Part shown: piece by piece, positions 44,201 through 53,307 of the stretch | How the letters are laid out: every line of letters starts with the position of its first letter | Position numbering within the stretch: position 1 is the stretch's first letter | Origin: Candidatus Woesearchaeota archaeon CG10_big_fil_rev_8_21_14_0_10_45_16 | GTDB lineage: Archaea > Nanobdellota > Nanobdellia > Woesearchaeales > GW2011-AR9 | NCBI GenBank assembly: GCA_002762785.1 | Contig: PCXY01000003.1 | Location: 3,317-67,316, forward strand | Direction of reading: 5' to 3' | DNA: 64,000 nt | Notes under the pieces: generated by a model | Told to the model about the DNA's origin: nothing | Seen by the model: the letters and a program-made list of their open reading frames with translations, nothing else | Databases searched by the model: none | Position numbers and translations under genes: made by a program

Positions 44201-47200
44201 TTTCTCGGTAGGCGATCCTTTCTTCCCCAATGTCACTACTCTCATCCCCAGCAGCGGTTCGGTCTTTAGTCCTCAGGCTTTAGTAGAGATTGCTGCTAAT
44301 GTTACCGATAATGTTTTGGTCGATACAGTACTGGCTAATCTCACTTTTCCTAATGGGACGACTGAAACAATAACTCTGGCCAACGGAACCAATTATATCC
44401 ATAAGTATAATGTTTCCCTCAATGTTGGAAGACGGATCGGCAACTACTCTGTCCGTTTCATCGCTAATGACAGCAGCAACAATATCAATAGCACCGAGAC
44501 AACTTCTTTTACTGTTGTTGACAATGTTCCGCCTAATGTCACCGATCTGATCCCGGCTACCGGAAGCAATTTCAACCTTGGCGCTGTAAGTGTCATCCAG
44601 TTTTCGGCTAATATCAGTGATGATGTTTATATCTCGCAGTTTTATGCCAATTTGACCTATCCGAATGGCTCTCTCGAACAGTTTACTCTTAATAACAATA
44701 CTGGATTTTTCAACAAGTTCAACACTTCTTTTGCGGTCCCTGATAAGATTGGAACTTACACTCTCCGTTTCTTTGCCAACGATACCAGCAATAATAGGAA
44801 TAGCACCCAAATCACGACTTTCACGATCAGTGACGTAACTCCACCTAATGTCACCGATATCAAACCCGTCCAAAGCGGTAGCCATAATATCAGCAGTGTA
44901 GTCGAGATCTCTGTCAACGCTTCTGATGTCATAATTATCGACACGGTCTTAGCGAACATCACCTATCCCAACGGCTCTCAGGAAAAGATCTTTTTGAGCA
45001 ATAGCAGCGGCTACTTCAACAAGTTTAATGTTTCTTACATTGTTCCTAATGTTGTGGGAGTTATCAATATTACCCTTTTCGTCAACGATACCAGTGACAA
45101 TCTTAACTCTACAGAATTTACAAATTTTACGACCAATGATGGAACCAGGCCGAAAACGAGCGTTCTTATCCCTCCTCCGGGCAGCACTTTTGCCCAGAAC
45201 ACGAATGTTTCCATCACGGTCAACGTCACTGACAACATCGCTGTCTCTACGGTAGTTATCAACGTGACCCTGCCTAACGGAACAAGACGGCAAAGTACTC
45301 TTACTGACGCTGACGCTGACGGTCTTTACTACTTTAACTTCACCGAAACTCCTGACACCGGATCTTATAACATCAGGGTCATCGCTAATGACACTAACGA
45401 TAATATTAATAGGACTACTACTAGAATCTTCAATGTTCAGGATAATAATAATCCTATCGTCAACCTGATCTCGCCGGCTGATGAAGCCGTTGTCACCGCT
45501 CTTCCAGTCACTTTCAGATGCAACGCTACAGATAATACAGCTTTAAGCAACATCACTTTATATCTTAATGTCACTGGCGTCTTTGCAGCGAATCAGACAA
45601 TTGCTGTTAACGGCACCAACAACCAGACTAATTTCAGCGTCTCATTGGATGATGGCAATTATATCTGGAACTGCCTGGCCCTGGATGAAGGCGGCAACCC
45701 TTCATTTGGCTCAGCTAACTTCACAGTCAGCATCAACACCTTGCCGCCGGCCGTCACGCCGCTCAGTCCCGCAAATGGCAGCACATTTAACATCACCGAT
45801 ACGGTCAACATCACTGCCTTGGTGACGGATTCGTTTGTCATCAGCAGGGCCGTAGTCAATGTCACTCTTCCCAATGGCAGCATCCAGCAGATCCCCCTTC
45901 AGGATGAGGAAAGCGATTCAACTTACAATGGCACTTTCCTTATCCCTAATAAGATCGGAGCTTATACTATCCGTTATATAGCCAACGATACTAGCAAGAA
46001 CACCAACAGCACCGAGATAGTCTCTTTCACTGCTGTCGATCCCTTCCCGCCAAAGGTCACCGATCTGCGGCCAGTCCAGAACAGCACCTATAACCTCAGC
46101 AACACCATCGAGATCTCAGCCAATGTCTCAGATACTATCTTCGTAAGCCTGGTCTCGGCTAACATCACTTTTCCAAACGGCACCATCCAGGAACTTACAT
46201 TAAGCAACAGCACTGGCTACGGCAACAAGTTCAACTCTTCATTCACCATCCCGCAATTGGTCGGAAACTATTCGGTCTTGTTCATCGCCAACGATACCAG
46301 CAACAATTTTAACTCTACAGAGACCGTCAACTTTACGGTCAATGATGTTCTTGCTCCTAATGTCACTCTCAACACTCCGTTGAACAATACCAATACTTCC
46401 AGCGCCTCTGTAATATTTAACATCACTGTCGCTGACGATGCTCTTACTGCTTTAACCTGTAATCTTTACATCAATTCAACGTTGAATCTCACCAATGCAT
46501 CTGTCGTCGACGGCGTCACTCAGTTTGATATCCCTCTGATCGAAGATGGACCTCACAGCTGGTACGTCAATTGCACAGACGCCTCCGGCAATTTCAACAC
46601 TACTGGTTCTCGTGTCTTTACTGTAGATACACAATTACCGCAGTTCAACAACTTTACTACTTCTCCGAATTCGGAAGCTGATCTCGATCCGGATGTGAAC
46701 GTCACCGTCTTCGCCGGCGTAACTGATAATGTTACTGGGATAAACACCGTGATCTTACAGAGAAAACTAAGCAATGATACGGATGCCAGCTACATCAACG
46801 TCACGATGACCTACAATCCTTTTACAGGATTATATAACGCTTCATTCAATGCCACCCAAAACGGCACCTATAACCTTCGCCTGTTTGCCAATGACACCGT
46901 CGGCAACCGGGAAGTCAGTACTTTAGTCAATATCTCCGTACAATTAGACCGCAACTGGACTCGGAGTCCAGGAACATTCACGGTCGTTACGGCCACGGCC
47001 AGCCAGAACGTGACCGTCGGCAACCTCACGATCAATAACACCGGTGACTTCCCTTTCGTGTTTACGATAGTATCTAACTCGTCCACGACCAGATACAATG
47101 AGACCGAGAATTTCACCCTGGCGGCCGGCCAGGTCAAGTTCCTAGCTATCAATGAGACGGCTCCTCTCGGTGGACTTAAAGTCTTTACCCTGAACATCAG

Positions 47201-50200
47201 TGTCAATGATACAGCAGCCACTCCCTATTCCCAGATATCTACCGGTTCGGTCTTGGTGGCCGGCAACCAGCCGGTGCTTTCGGCTAGTTTCACTACACCT
47301 AATGCGGAGACTAGGCAGGTGACACAAGGCAACACCGGAGTGGCTTTTGTTGCCACATTGACCAATATAGGGATAGGCAATGCTACTAATGTTACTTTTA
47401 CGATAACCTTGCCTAGTGAATGGACGATCACTTTTGGAGACCCTAACCTTACTGTCGGCAACCTTAGTTCAGGTGAAAGCGCAGAGATCAGCCTGGAAGT
47501 GACCATCCCGGCTGACGCAACGATAGGAACATTTACCGTTCTTGCTAATGCTACTGGTAATAATGCGACCAATGGCAGCCTGAATGGGGCAGGTTTGATC
47601 TTCAGTGATTCCGTCGCCGTTACCGTCAATTCTGCTACGACTATCGGTGGCGGTGGCGAACCTACAAGTGGTAGCGGCGGCGGTCCTACGCCTTCCGGAA
47701 CTGCTCCTTCAGGCGGCGGTGGTGGCGGTGGCAGCAGCGGACGCGTCACCAAAGGAACTTTAGGCGGCCAGAGCGAGACCATCGAGACAGTCGATGAGTT
47801 TCTGGTGCCTCGCGGCACGGGCGCATCGACACATTTCACGGTAAGAAACCTCTGGCAGAACGCTTTCATGGAGAACATCGATCTTAAAGTGAGCGGTTTC
47901 CTGGAGAGTTATGTTATCATCTCCCCCGAACTGAACCGCAACCGGGTGGTCGAAGTCAAAGCTGTTTCACATACGCCGCAGTTATTCGAGCTTCCAGGCA
48001 TCGGCTTCCATACCCTCACTGTTGATGAGCTGAAATTTGAAAAAGTAACTGTAACTATCGAGTCTGAACCGCAGGTGCTTGACCTGAAGACCGGCCGTCT
48101 TCGTTATGTTGATCTGGACGGCGATCATTTCGGTGATATCGCTTTGGAACTGGAAGAGATCGTCGGCGAGGAAGCGCAATTAAACATCTATCCGGTCAAG
48201 GATTATGAAAACAGGAGATTGGCCTATGGTGAGAGCTTGAATTATTCACTCGATGTTTATGCCCCGTCATATCTGACCCAGAAAGATTATCAGGTGGATC
48301 TGCAGATCGAGTCGACACTGACGCCGCTGAACGCTACTCAAGCTGGTTTCACCCAGAAGGTGATCACAGAACTTCGCACGCTGCTGTTCAAGATCCAGGG
48401 GGCCGATGCCGAACTAGCGCAGAGTAAGCTGAACCTGGCTCGTGAGATGGTCCAGGAGATGTATGATGCTTCGTTCAATGCCGTCGAGGTCCAGGATCTG
48501 CTGCTTCAGGCTGAGGCAGCTTTTGAAGAGGCTGATTACGATCAGGTGCTGGCTCTAGGTGAGAAGATCACCGAGATCTATGATGATGCTTTCGCCGCTG
48601 CCGAGATCATCACCTTAGTCAAACAACAACAGCAGGATGCTAAAGACAGATGGCTGGGCACGCCGCAGACCGATGAAGCGCTGGGCCTGGCTCAGGTCGC
48701 TTTTGAACGCGGTGATTATGACACAGCTTTGGAACGGGCCAAGAATGCCCAGCTAGTCGCTGTCCTGGAGATAAAAGGAAAAGTGAATGTCATCAAGTTC
48801 GTGATCGATTGGTGGTGGGCTTTGCTTCTGGCAGTTCTGGTCTTGTCTGGGCTGCTGTACTTTGTCTATAAGAGAAGTGTCATCTTTACCATAGAACACC
48901 GTCTCAAGAACTTAACAAAGGAAGAAGATACTCTTCATGAGCTGCTGGAAGAGACACAGAAAAAATATTTCCAGGAAAAATCGCTTTCGGATCAGCAGTA
49001 TCAGCGTTATGTCTCTGAATATCAGAAGCGTCTGGCATCTATTGGCCAGATCCGGGCTAAGCTCCGCAATAAAAGAGTAAAGATACTCAAGACTGAGCAG
49101 GAGCTGCTGAGCATCAAGAAAGAGAAGGATGAGGTTGAAGGACTGTTAAAGAAAAATCAGAAAGATTATTTTATCGATAAGAAATTTGGTTCACAGCGTT
49201 TCAAAGAGAACGAACAGCTTCATAAGACCAGGTTAGCTGAGATCGATAAGGAAGAAGCGATCCTTGAAGAGAAGTTATCTCGCAAGATGGACCAGCGCGG
49301 CTATAAGCTTCTGGAGAGATTCAGACGCCGGAAAAAAGAGGAAGAGAAACTGGCTCTGCAGCCTGAAGCGGCTGTTGAGACTGAACAGGTGGTCGCGCCG
49401 CAGCAGGAACGTGATCTGGGTAAGAAAGATGTGGAAGAAAAGCCAGTCCAGAAGAAGAAAAAGAAGAGACGGTTCTGGCATAAGAAACGGCGGAAAGAAG
49501 AGGAAGTATCGGAAGAGAAAGAACCAGGAGAGAAAGAACCTAAAACTGACAAACAGGATACAGCTGAAGAGACAGCGGAAACAGCCGAACCAGGAAAAGA
49601 AGTTGAGCCTGAAGAGAAAAGTGGTGATGCTGAAGAAAACAAGTCTCTCGAGGAAAAGGATGCATCTCAAAAACACTCCTCTCAAAAACACTCCTCGCAG
49701 AAGCAATCTCCAAAAAATAAAGAAGATTCTAAGAATGAACCTGAGAAAGAGCATACAGAAAAAAAGCCTAACGAAAAATTATCTAAGTCTAAATGGTCGG
49801 GTGGTAGGCATAAATCGGATCATAAAAGCCAGAAGCATGGAAAATCACCAAATATCCTTCCCCTGCTGATCTCGCCGCAGCCTGAAAGCTCCCGGCCTGA
49901 AGAGACAAGGAGAAAAGCCAAGTATGTCGTCCCTATCGACCAGCCCGCTGGCCATAAACCTCACGAACACCATCCAGCGAAGGCTTCTCGTCGGGCCGTC
50001 GATACCACTATCCTGATGAATATGTTCGATCAGCCTTCCGGCAGGTCGTCCTCTGCTCAGTCATCCTCTTCAAAAGATATCCGCAGCCAGTTTGCAGCTT
50101 TTGAACGCGGCGAGATCTCGCTGTCTCGTAGATTCCGTAAAGATGTTGATCTAAAAAGTACCAAAGATGTCCCTTCACCGTTGAGAGGATCAACTGCGAG

Positions 50201-50339
50201 AAAGTCGTCATCAGCAGAAACTGGATATAGGCCGGGGTCAAGATCGAGACGTATCACCAATACTCCTAAAGATGTATCATCTGTTGAGAGGCTTAGTGAA
50301 AAAGAGTTACGGAAACGCTTTCCGGGGGCATTCAAATGA
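41256..50339 (+). CDS. 3027-aa type-I membrane surface protein with a charged cytoplasmic tail
   Basis: In order: signal/anchor 'STYLLFIVILFSLVFFVLA', WNGT propeller-like repeats, ten ~101-aa Ig-like repeats, two CARDB-like modules, a Gly-rich linker, a helical stalk, TM 'WWWALLLAVLVLSGLLYFVY' (48810-48869), and a ~490-aa K/E-rich tail. Confidence 0.9.
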   Translation: MMLSKKARISTYLLFIVILFSLVFFVLADNLTGDLTSAKAGDATNETLSNLSLDDSGNFSQAISNVSIIFDDSGSTSNQSEDDIQPLKKIVNLESNQSNNRSHLQPLIKLKDRRGQKLGRFVLTERDNGTYDLELHSDKPLLKAKAVRLDKLKSKLKQNGNGRSNGRGDRKVGSEEAEDSNASVRIRGIKGDPTEITAMIDSLDDNAAAIDGGQINTEVVAVSEVEIEEAVIQLPKAGFVNKILRCTDFDEEQFSCSQWEVTDIPFVDHGDHIEFNVTHFSAYAGGEIIAIDAVHLDENYSIVSNIYADVELQDGVWSEAIYADEYVRVTFEQDLTDGRYIDVTARSNGTVAYFEVYEADTNHLVGRSAVINGPEHQYLLVDGLTEPTDTFDFKIVAALSPIEEVNQCISYCPVTCNEDSYDGCFAGCSDDCDTVTAHEDRTVFVQFDFIHDDAITATQADGMIVYDELNVQTPRYRLWNESNNFTAELTNTQNVGGDITWNLLRGNHERDEFILGTEDKNNDVNVQVYSNGAWGNLLEVSADVQNSNSRGFSIAYEDVSGDALIVYENLSSNDQFFKYRIWNGTSYSNEFTLQTGLPSSSVRWINAIPRSGSDEIMVLVHNNAGDLHAQLWNGTSFDNIHNLTMSLSTTTNTEEHFNFQWESKSDDGIIMYGVGSNLVYRAFSLTAPYWTAETSISLGNPLHGLRMCADPTSDYIGIIVQDGGNDLNVRMWDGTQILAGPPTEDILVEPDGSNNANIDCGWYNSSSALFGFIDQTGGGNGLLSMDYFTFTKTNTWSDPSLGIPLLLLDNAPTTVNFASDDIDGLRFAEHPTLPEIMVTAQDLQERVALIRWNGTRFRGVGESPVETATEVTNGGQESAFFEWSRYDPVPNVTAVNPSGLNFPANTLISLNATVRDNVGVSVVVANVTFPNSSIQSFTLLDSDADNIFNSTLITALSGFYTVRIFANDTSTHRNLNSSESVTFSVGDPFFPNVTTLIPSSGSVFSPQALVEIAANVTDNVLVDTVLANLTFPNGTTETITLANGTNYIHKYNVSLNVGRRIGNYSVRFIANDSSNNINSTETTSFTVVDNVPPNVTDLIPATGSNFNLGAVSVIQFSANISDDVYISQFYANLTYPNGSLEQFTLNNNTGFFNKFNTSFAVPDKIGTYTLRFFANDTSNNRNSTQITTFTISDVTPPNVTDIKPVQSGSHNISSVVEISVNASDVIIIDTVLANITYPNGSQEKIFLSNSSGYFNKFNVSYIVPNVVGVINITLFVNDTSDNLNSTEFTNFTTNDGTRPKTSVLIPPPGSTFAQNTNVSITVNVTDNIAVSTVVINVTLPNGTRRQSTLTDADADGLYYFNFTETPDTGSYNIRVIANDTNDNINRTTTRIFNVQDNNNPIVNLISPADEAVVTALPVTFRCNATDNTALSNITLYLNVTGVFAANQTIAVNGTNNQTNFSVSLDDGNYIWNCLALDEGGNPSFGSANFTVSINTLPPAVTPLSPANGSTFNITDTVNITALVTDSFVISRAVVNVTLPNGSIQQIPLQDEESDSTYNGTFLIPNKIGAYTIRYIANDTSKNTNSTEIVSFTAVDPFPPKVTDLRPVQNSTYNLSNTIEISANVSDTIFVSLVSANITFPNGTIQELTLSNSTGYGNKFNSSFTIPQLVGNYSVLFIANDTSNNFNSTETVNFTVNDVLAPNVTLNTPLNNTNTSSASVIFNITVADDALTALTCNLYINSTLNLTNASVVDGVTQFDIPLIEDGPHSWYVNCTDASGNFNTTGSRVFTVDTQLPQFNNFTTSPNSEADLDPDVNVTVFAGVTDNVTGINTVILQRKLSNDTDASYINVTMTYNPFTGLYNASFNATQNGTYNLRLFANDTVGNREVSTLVNISVQLDRNWTRSPGTFTVVTATASQNVTVGNLTINNTGDFPFVFTIVSNSSTTRYNETENFTLAAGQVKFLAINETAPLGGLKVFTLNISVNDTAATPYSQISTGSVLVAGNQPVLSASFTTPNAETRQVTQGNTGVAFVATLTNIGIGNATNVTFTITLPSEWTITFGDPNLTVGNLSSGESAEISLEVTIPADATIGTFTVLANATGNNATNGSLNGAGLIFSDSVAVTVNSATTIGGGGEPTSGSGGGPTPSGTAPSGGGGGGGSSGRVTKGTLGGQSETIETVDEFLVPRGTGASTHFTVRNLWQNAFMENIDLKVSGFLESYVIISPELNRNRVVEVKAVSHTPQLFELPGIGFHTLTVDELKFEKVTVTIESEPQVLDLKTGRLRYVDLDGDHFGDIALELEEIVGEEAQLNIYPVKDYENRRLAYGESLNYSLDVYAPSYLTQKDYQVDLQIESTLTPLNATQAGFTQKVITELRTLLFKIQGADAELAQSKLNLAREMVQEMYDASFNAVEVQDLLLQAEAAFEEADYDQVLALGEKITEIYDDAFAAAEIITLVKQQQQDAKDRWLGTPQTDEALGLAQVAFERGDYDTALERAKNAQLVAVLEIKGKVNVIKFVIDWWWALLLAVLVLSGLLYFVYKRSVIFTIEHRLKNLTKEEDTLHELLEETQKKYFQEKSLSDQQYQRYVSEYQKRLASIGQIRAKLRNKRVKILKTEQELLSIKKEKDEVEGLLKKNQKDYFIDKKFGSQRFKENEQLHKTRLAEIDKEEAILEEKLSRKMDQRGYKLLERFRRRKKEEEKLALQPEAAVETEQVVAPQQERDLGKKDVEEKPVQKKKKKRRFWHKKRRKEEEVSEEKEPGEKEPKTDKQDTAEETAETAEPGKEVEPEEKSGDAEENKSLEEKDASQKHSSQKHSSQKQSPKNKEDSKNEPEKEHTEKKPNEKLSKSKWSGGRHKSDHKSQKHGKSPNILPLLISPQPESSRPEETRRKAKYVVPIDQPAGHKPHEHHPAKASRRAVDTTILMNMFDQPSGRSSSAQSSSSKDIRSQFAAFERGEISLSRRFRKDVDLKSTKDVPSPLRGSTARKSSSAETGYRPGSRSRRITNTPKDVSSVERLSEKELRKRFPGAFK
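43917..46949 (+). repeat. ten tandem ~101-aa (about 303-nt) diverged Ig-like repeat units inside the giant CDS
   Basis: Recurrent pattern 'P(P)NVT.L.P..GS.F.......I.ANV.D...V..V.ANLT.PNG......L.N......F..SF.VP...G.Y..R..ANDTSNN.NST....FTV.D'. Units 6 and 9 are a Cys-containing variant. Confidence 0.85.
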
Positions 50340-51247
50340 AACCAGTTGTAAAGACTTATCTCCTGGCTGGATCATTGTTGTTTATCGCTTTGACTCTCGG
50401 TTCTCTGGTTGACAATGATAGTTCTATCACCGGCTTTTTTGTTTTTGAAGATCTGGCGCCGTCTGGGTTCGAATTCATTCCGCCAGACGATGTCTCTGCC
50501 GCTGCCGCTTCCCGGTCGATGGAACTGGCTGAAGGAGTTATGGAAGAGATGGTCCAGGAGAACATGACCATGGTCTTGTCAGCAGATGTCATGGAAGAAG
50601 CCCATGCTGCTTACGATTCTGGAGATTACATGGAATCTATCCGTCTTGCGCAATTCATCGATTACATCCATAAGCAAAAAATTGTCTTCCTCGATAAATA
50701 TTCTCTTCTGCAGACAGATATTGCCGCCGCTTCTTCAACTGGGGTTGACACCAGCATGGCAGAACTCCGGCAGGGAGAAGCTATGGCTTCTTTTACCGAC
50801 GATCAGCTGCTGGAAGCTGATGAGCTTATCTCCCAGTCCCGTCAAGAATTGGAGATGGCTATGGCTGAAAATAAAAGGCGTCAGCGTATCTCTTATCTTG
50901 GCAAGAATTTCCTTCTGAAATATTGGTGGGAACTATTATTGATGATCGTGGCTCTTATCATCGCTGGAGTTATTTTTGGCAAGAAGTGGATCGTCCATCG
51001 CCGTCGTCAGAAACTGCGGACCCTGAAGCTGGAGCAGGCCGAAGCTCAGACCTTGCTGAAAGACCTCCAGAAGCAATGTTTTGTCGACAAGAAGATTTCC
51101 GTGCAGAGCTACAAGCTGCGCAAAGCCCATTATGAGGAACGTCTGGCGGCTATCAAGAGCGCCATCCCCGTCCTGGAAGAGGAATTAGCGGGAAAGAAGA
51201 TAGCCAAAGAGAAAAAAATCTTGACGATGTTAGTGGTGAAAAAATGA
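50336..51247 (+). CDS. 303-aa membrane protein paralogous to the stalk-TM-juxtamembrane module of the giant protein
   Basis: ATGA overlap with the giant gene. 'AHAAYDSGDY', TM 'WWELLLMIVALIIAGVIF', then 'LLKDLQKQCFVDKKISVQSYKLRKAHYEERLAAI'. Confidence 0.7.
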   Translation: MKPVVKTYLLAGSLLFIALTLGSLVDNDSSITGFFVFEDLAPSGFEFIPPDDVSAAAASRSMELAEGVMEEMVQENMTMVLSADVMEEAHAAYDSGDYMESIRLAQFIDYIHKQKIVFLDKYSLLQTDIAAASSTGVDTSMAELRQGEAMASFTDDQLLEADELISQSRQELEMAMAENKRRQRISYLGKNFLLKYWWELLLMIVALIIAGVIFGKKWIVHRRRQKLRTLKLEQAEAQTLLKDLQKQCFVDKKISVQSYKLRKAHYEERLAAIKSAIPVLEEELAGKKIAKEKKILTMLVVKK

Positions 51248-51831
51248 TCGGCCATGAACATCTGATAATATTGAAACCTAAAGATTATTTCTGTGTCGGG
51301 GTAGTCTCTGTCTTGTCATCTTTCCTGATGCTCATAGGAAGTCTTTTCACATCTCCTTCCGTCAGCCTGATATTATCCTTGGCTTTGCTGATCATCGGCA
51401 TGAACCTTAGTGTCTATCTGATAAAGAAAGCTGGGGTCGCTGTCATCTTCTCTTTGCTTACCGGCATCTTCACTTTTTTTCTCAACGATATCGGCGTCCT
51501 GGGCTGGCAGAAGATCATCACTTTTCTGGTCTCCGGCCTGCTCTTTGAACTGATCTTTTTACTGCTGAAGATACGTGTCCATGACGTGCCTTTAGAGTTG
51601 ATCATCGGCTCTTCCCTCTCTGCTGTGACGGTAGTGTTGGTTTCGGCTTTCTTGTTATCAAGCTCCCTGGCCAGATCGTTTCCTTTGGAATTGTTGAACC
51701 TATTGCTTCTGGCTTTTGTGGTCGGTCTTTTTTCTTCAGTATTGTTCTTCTTGTTCTGGCAGGCGGTTGAGCAGAGTAAGCTGATCCTGAAGCTGGAATC
51801 GTATCTGATGAGCCTTAACCGCTGGATCTGA
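51244..51831 (+). CDS. polytopic membrane protein (5-6 TM)
   Basis: ATGA overlap with the upstream gene. Hydrophobic throughout. Confidence 0.6.
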   Translation: MIGHEHLIILKPKDYFCVGVVSVLSSFLMLIGSLFTSPSVSLILSLALLIIGMNLSVYLIKKAGVAVIFSLLTGIFTFFLNDIGVLGWQKIITFLVSGLLFELIFLLLKIRVHDVPLELIIGSSLSAVTVVLVSAFLLSSSLARSFPLELLNLLLLAFVVGLFSSVLFFLFWQAVEQSKLILKLESYLMSLNRWI

Positions 51832-51850
51832 GCATATTTAAGAAAAGGAT

Positions 51851-52108
51851 TCAAAGAAGGAACAACAATGTCGTCGTATCTGATTTCTCGATGCGGATCA
51901 GCCTGAGGAAAGCCAGTTCTTCACAATGTTTTTTCAATGAAGTAGGGTTGGTGCGGATCTTTCTTTCTAATTGGGAGAGGGTGATACCTGGATTCTCCTG
52001 GATGGCAGTATAAATCTCCCGTTGGATCTCAAGTGTCTTTCTCTTCATGGGTATCAATCGTAGATTATCTGTTTCAATCGGCTCCAAAACGGCTTGATCT
52101 CGTAGCAC
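51851..52108 (-). CDS. winged-helix transcriptional regulator
   Basis: 'IYTAIQENPGITLSQLERKIRTNPTSLKKHCEELAFLRLI'. Confidence 0.6.
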   Translation of the reverse strand: MLRDQAVLEPIETDNLRLIPMKRKTLEIQREIYTAIQENPGITLSQLERKIRTNPTSLKKHCEELAFLRLIRIEKSDTTTLLFLL

Positions 52109-52201
52109 TTAAACTTTTGTGGGCTGGAGTAAACTATCATTTTCGGAAGCTTTATATAGACATACGCCACATTATTGTAGTAATCAGAGGTGATTCAGTA
52201 G

Positions 52202-52780
52202 ATGTCAGGCAAATCTTTATCAGATAGTCATTCATTTCTTGCGTTAGCCAAAAAACGTAAGACTACTTATGAATTTACTCCTGAAAAAGTTAAGGATAGC
52301 TTCATCAATAAGATTCTTGAGGCCGGCCGCTGGGCGCCTAGCTGTTCCAATACCCAGCCGTGGCATTTTGTCGTTATCAGGGATAAAAATGTGATCCAAA
52401 AGCTGATGATGACTGCCAATTATGGTGATTTCCATACTGATCCTCCGGTCTTGCTGGCCCTTGTCTTGCTGAAAGATCGTTGCCCGGGCAAAGGCTTATC
52501 CTGTTTCCGGGGCAAGGATTCCGGTGTCTATGATTCTTATATCAGTGTGGGGATGGCTGCTTTGAACATGACCCTGCAGGCGGCTGAACTTAGCGTTGAT
52601 TCTTGTATCATCACACCAAGTCAAAAAGAAGCTAGGAAGATCCTTAAGGTGAGGACTTCTGATGCCGTGCCGCTGCTGGTAGGTCTTGGCTTCCAGAGTC
52701 CTAAAACTCTGCAGAAAGCCAGGATCCGTCGTCCGTTGTCAGAAATTGTTTCTCAGGAAATGTTTGGAGGCAACAGATGA
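52202..52780 (+). CDS. nitroreductase-family protein
   Basis: 'RKTTYEFTPE' and 'APSCSNTQPWHFVVI'. TATA TTTATATA at 52151-52158 and GGTGA about 10 nt upstream of the ATG. Confidence 0.8.
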   Translation: MSGKSLSDSHSFLALAKKRKTTYEFTPEKVKDSFINKILEAGRWAPSCSNTQPWHFVVIRDKNVIQKLMMTANYGDFHTDPPVLLALVLLKDRCPGKGLSCFRGKDSGVYDSYISVGMAALNMTLQAAELSVDSCIITPSQKEARKILKVRTSDAVPLLVGLGFQSPKTLQKARIRRPLSEIVSQEMFGGNR

Positions 52781-53307
52781 GCAGCGCCGCTTTAAAAAGT
52801 CTGAACAAAGCAGGGAAGGGTGTCTACGTTATCACCTCTGGAGCTTCCAACAGCAAGAATCTCTCTAAAGAAGTCCTGTCTTCAGTGATGGGCAGCCGTT
52901 TTGGCGTCTATGTTACCCTGAACAGATCTTATACGGAGATGGTCAAGCAGCTGCAGACCCAGAAGATCAAGACCGACAAGCTGTTGTTCATCGATGGTGT
53001 CGGTGCGAAGTGTGAAGTTGACAGTCAGAACTGCATCTCTTTGGAAGGCAACAAATCATTGACGGAACTTTCTTTGATCCTGTCAAAAGCCGGCAGCAAC
53101 AGCTCCATCAAGTTCATCATCTTCGATTCTCTTAATTCCTTATTGTTGTACAATAAAGTTGAATCCTGCGAGCGGTTTGTCCATTATCTTATCAACAAGG
53201 TCAAGAACATGGATGTTCTCCTGGCCATCCTGGCTGTTAATGGCGAGAAGGTTAACCATCTGATCTCGGTGGCTTCGCAGCTTTCCGACAAGGTCATCGA
53301 ACTGTAG
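52777..53307 (+). CDS. KaiC/RecA-superfamily-like protein lacking a canonical Walker A
   Basis: 'GVYVITSGASNSKN' where a P-loop is expected. Walker-B-like 'FIIFDSLNSLL'. ATGA overlap with the nitroreductase gene. Confidence 0.4.
   Translation: MSSAALKSLNKAGKGVYVITSGASNSKNLSKEVLSSVMGSRFGVYVTLNRSYTEMVKQLQTQKIKTDKLLFIDGVGAKCEVDSQNCISLEGNKSLTELSLILSKAGSNSSIKFIIFDSLNSLLLYNKVESCERFVHYLINKVKNMDVLLAILAVNGEKVNHLISVASQLSDKVIEL

Noticed and set aside
47225-47878. 217-aa minus-strand ORF with a poly-Pro stretch inside the giant gene
   Set aside because: It is the complement of the Gly-rich linker (GGN codons read as NCC). An artefact.
50463-50476. T-loop-like GGGTTCGAATTC suggesting a tRNA
   Set aside because: It lies inside a CDS with no acceptor or anticodon stems around it. 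I found no tRNA in any intergenic region.
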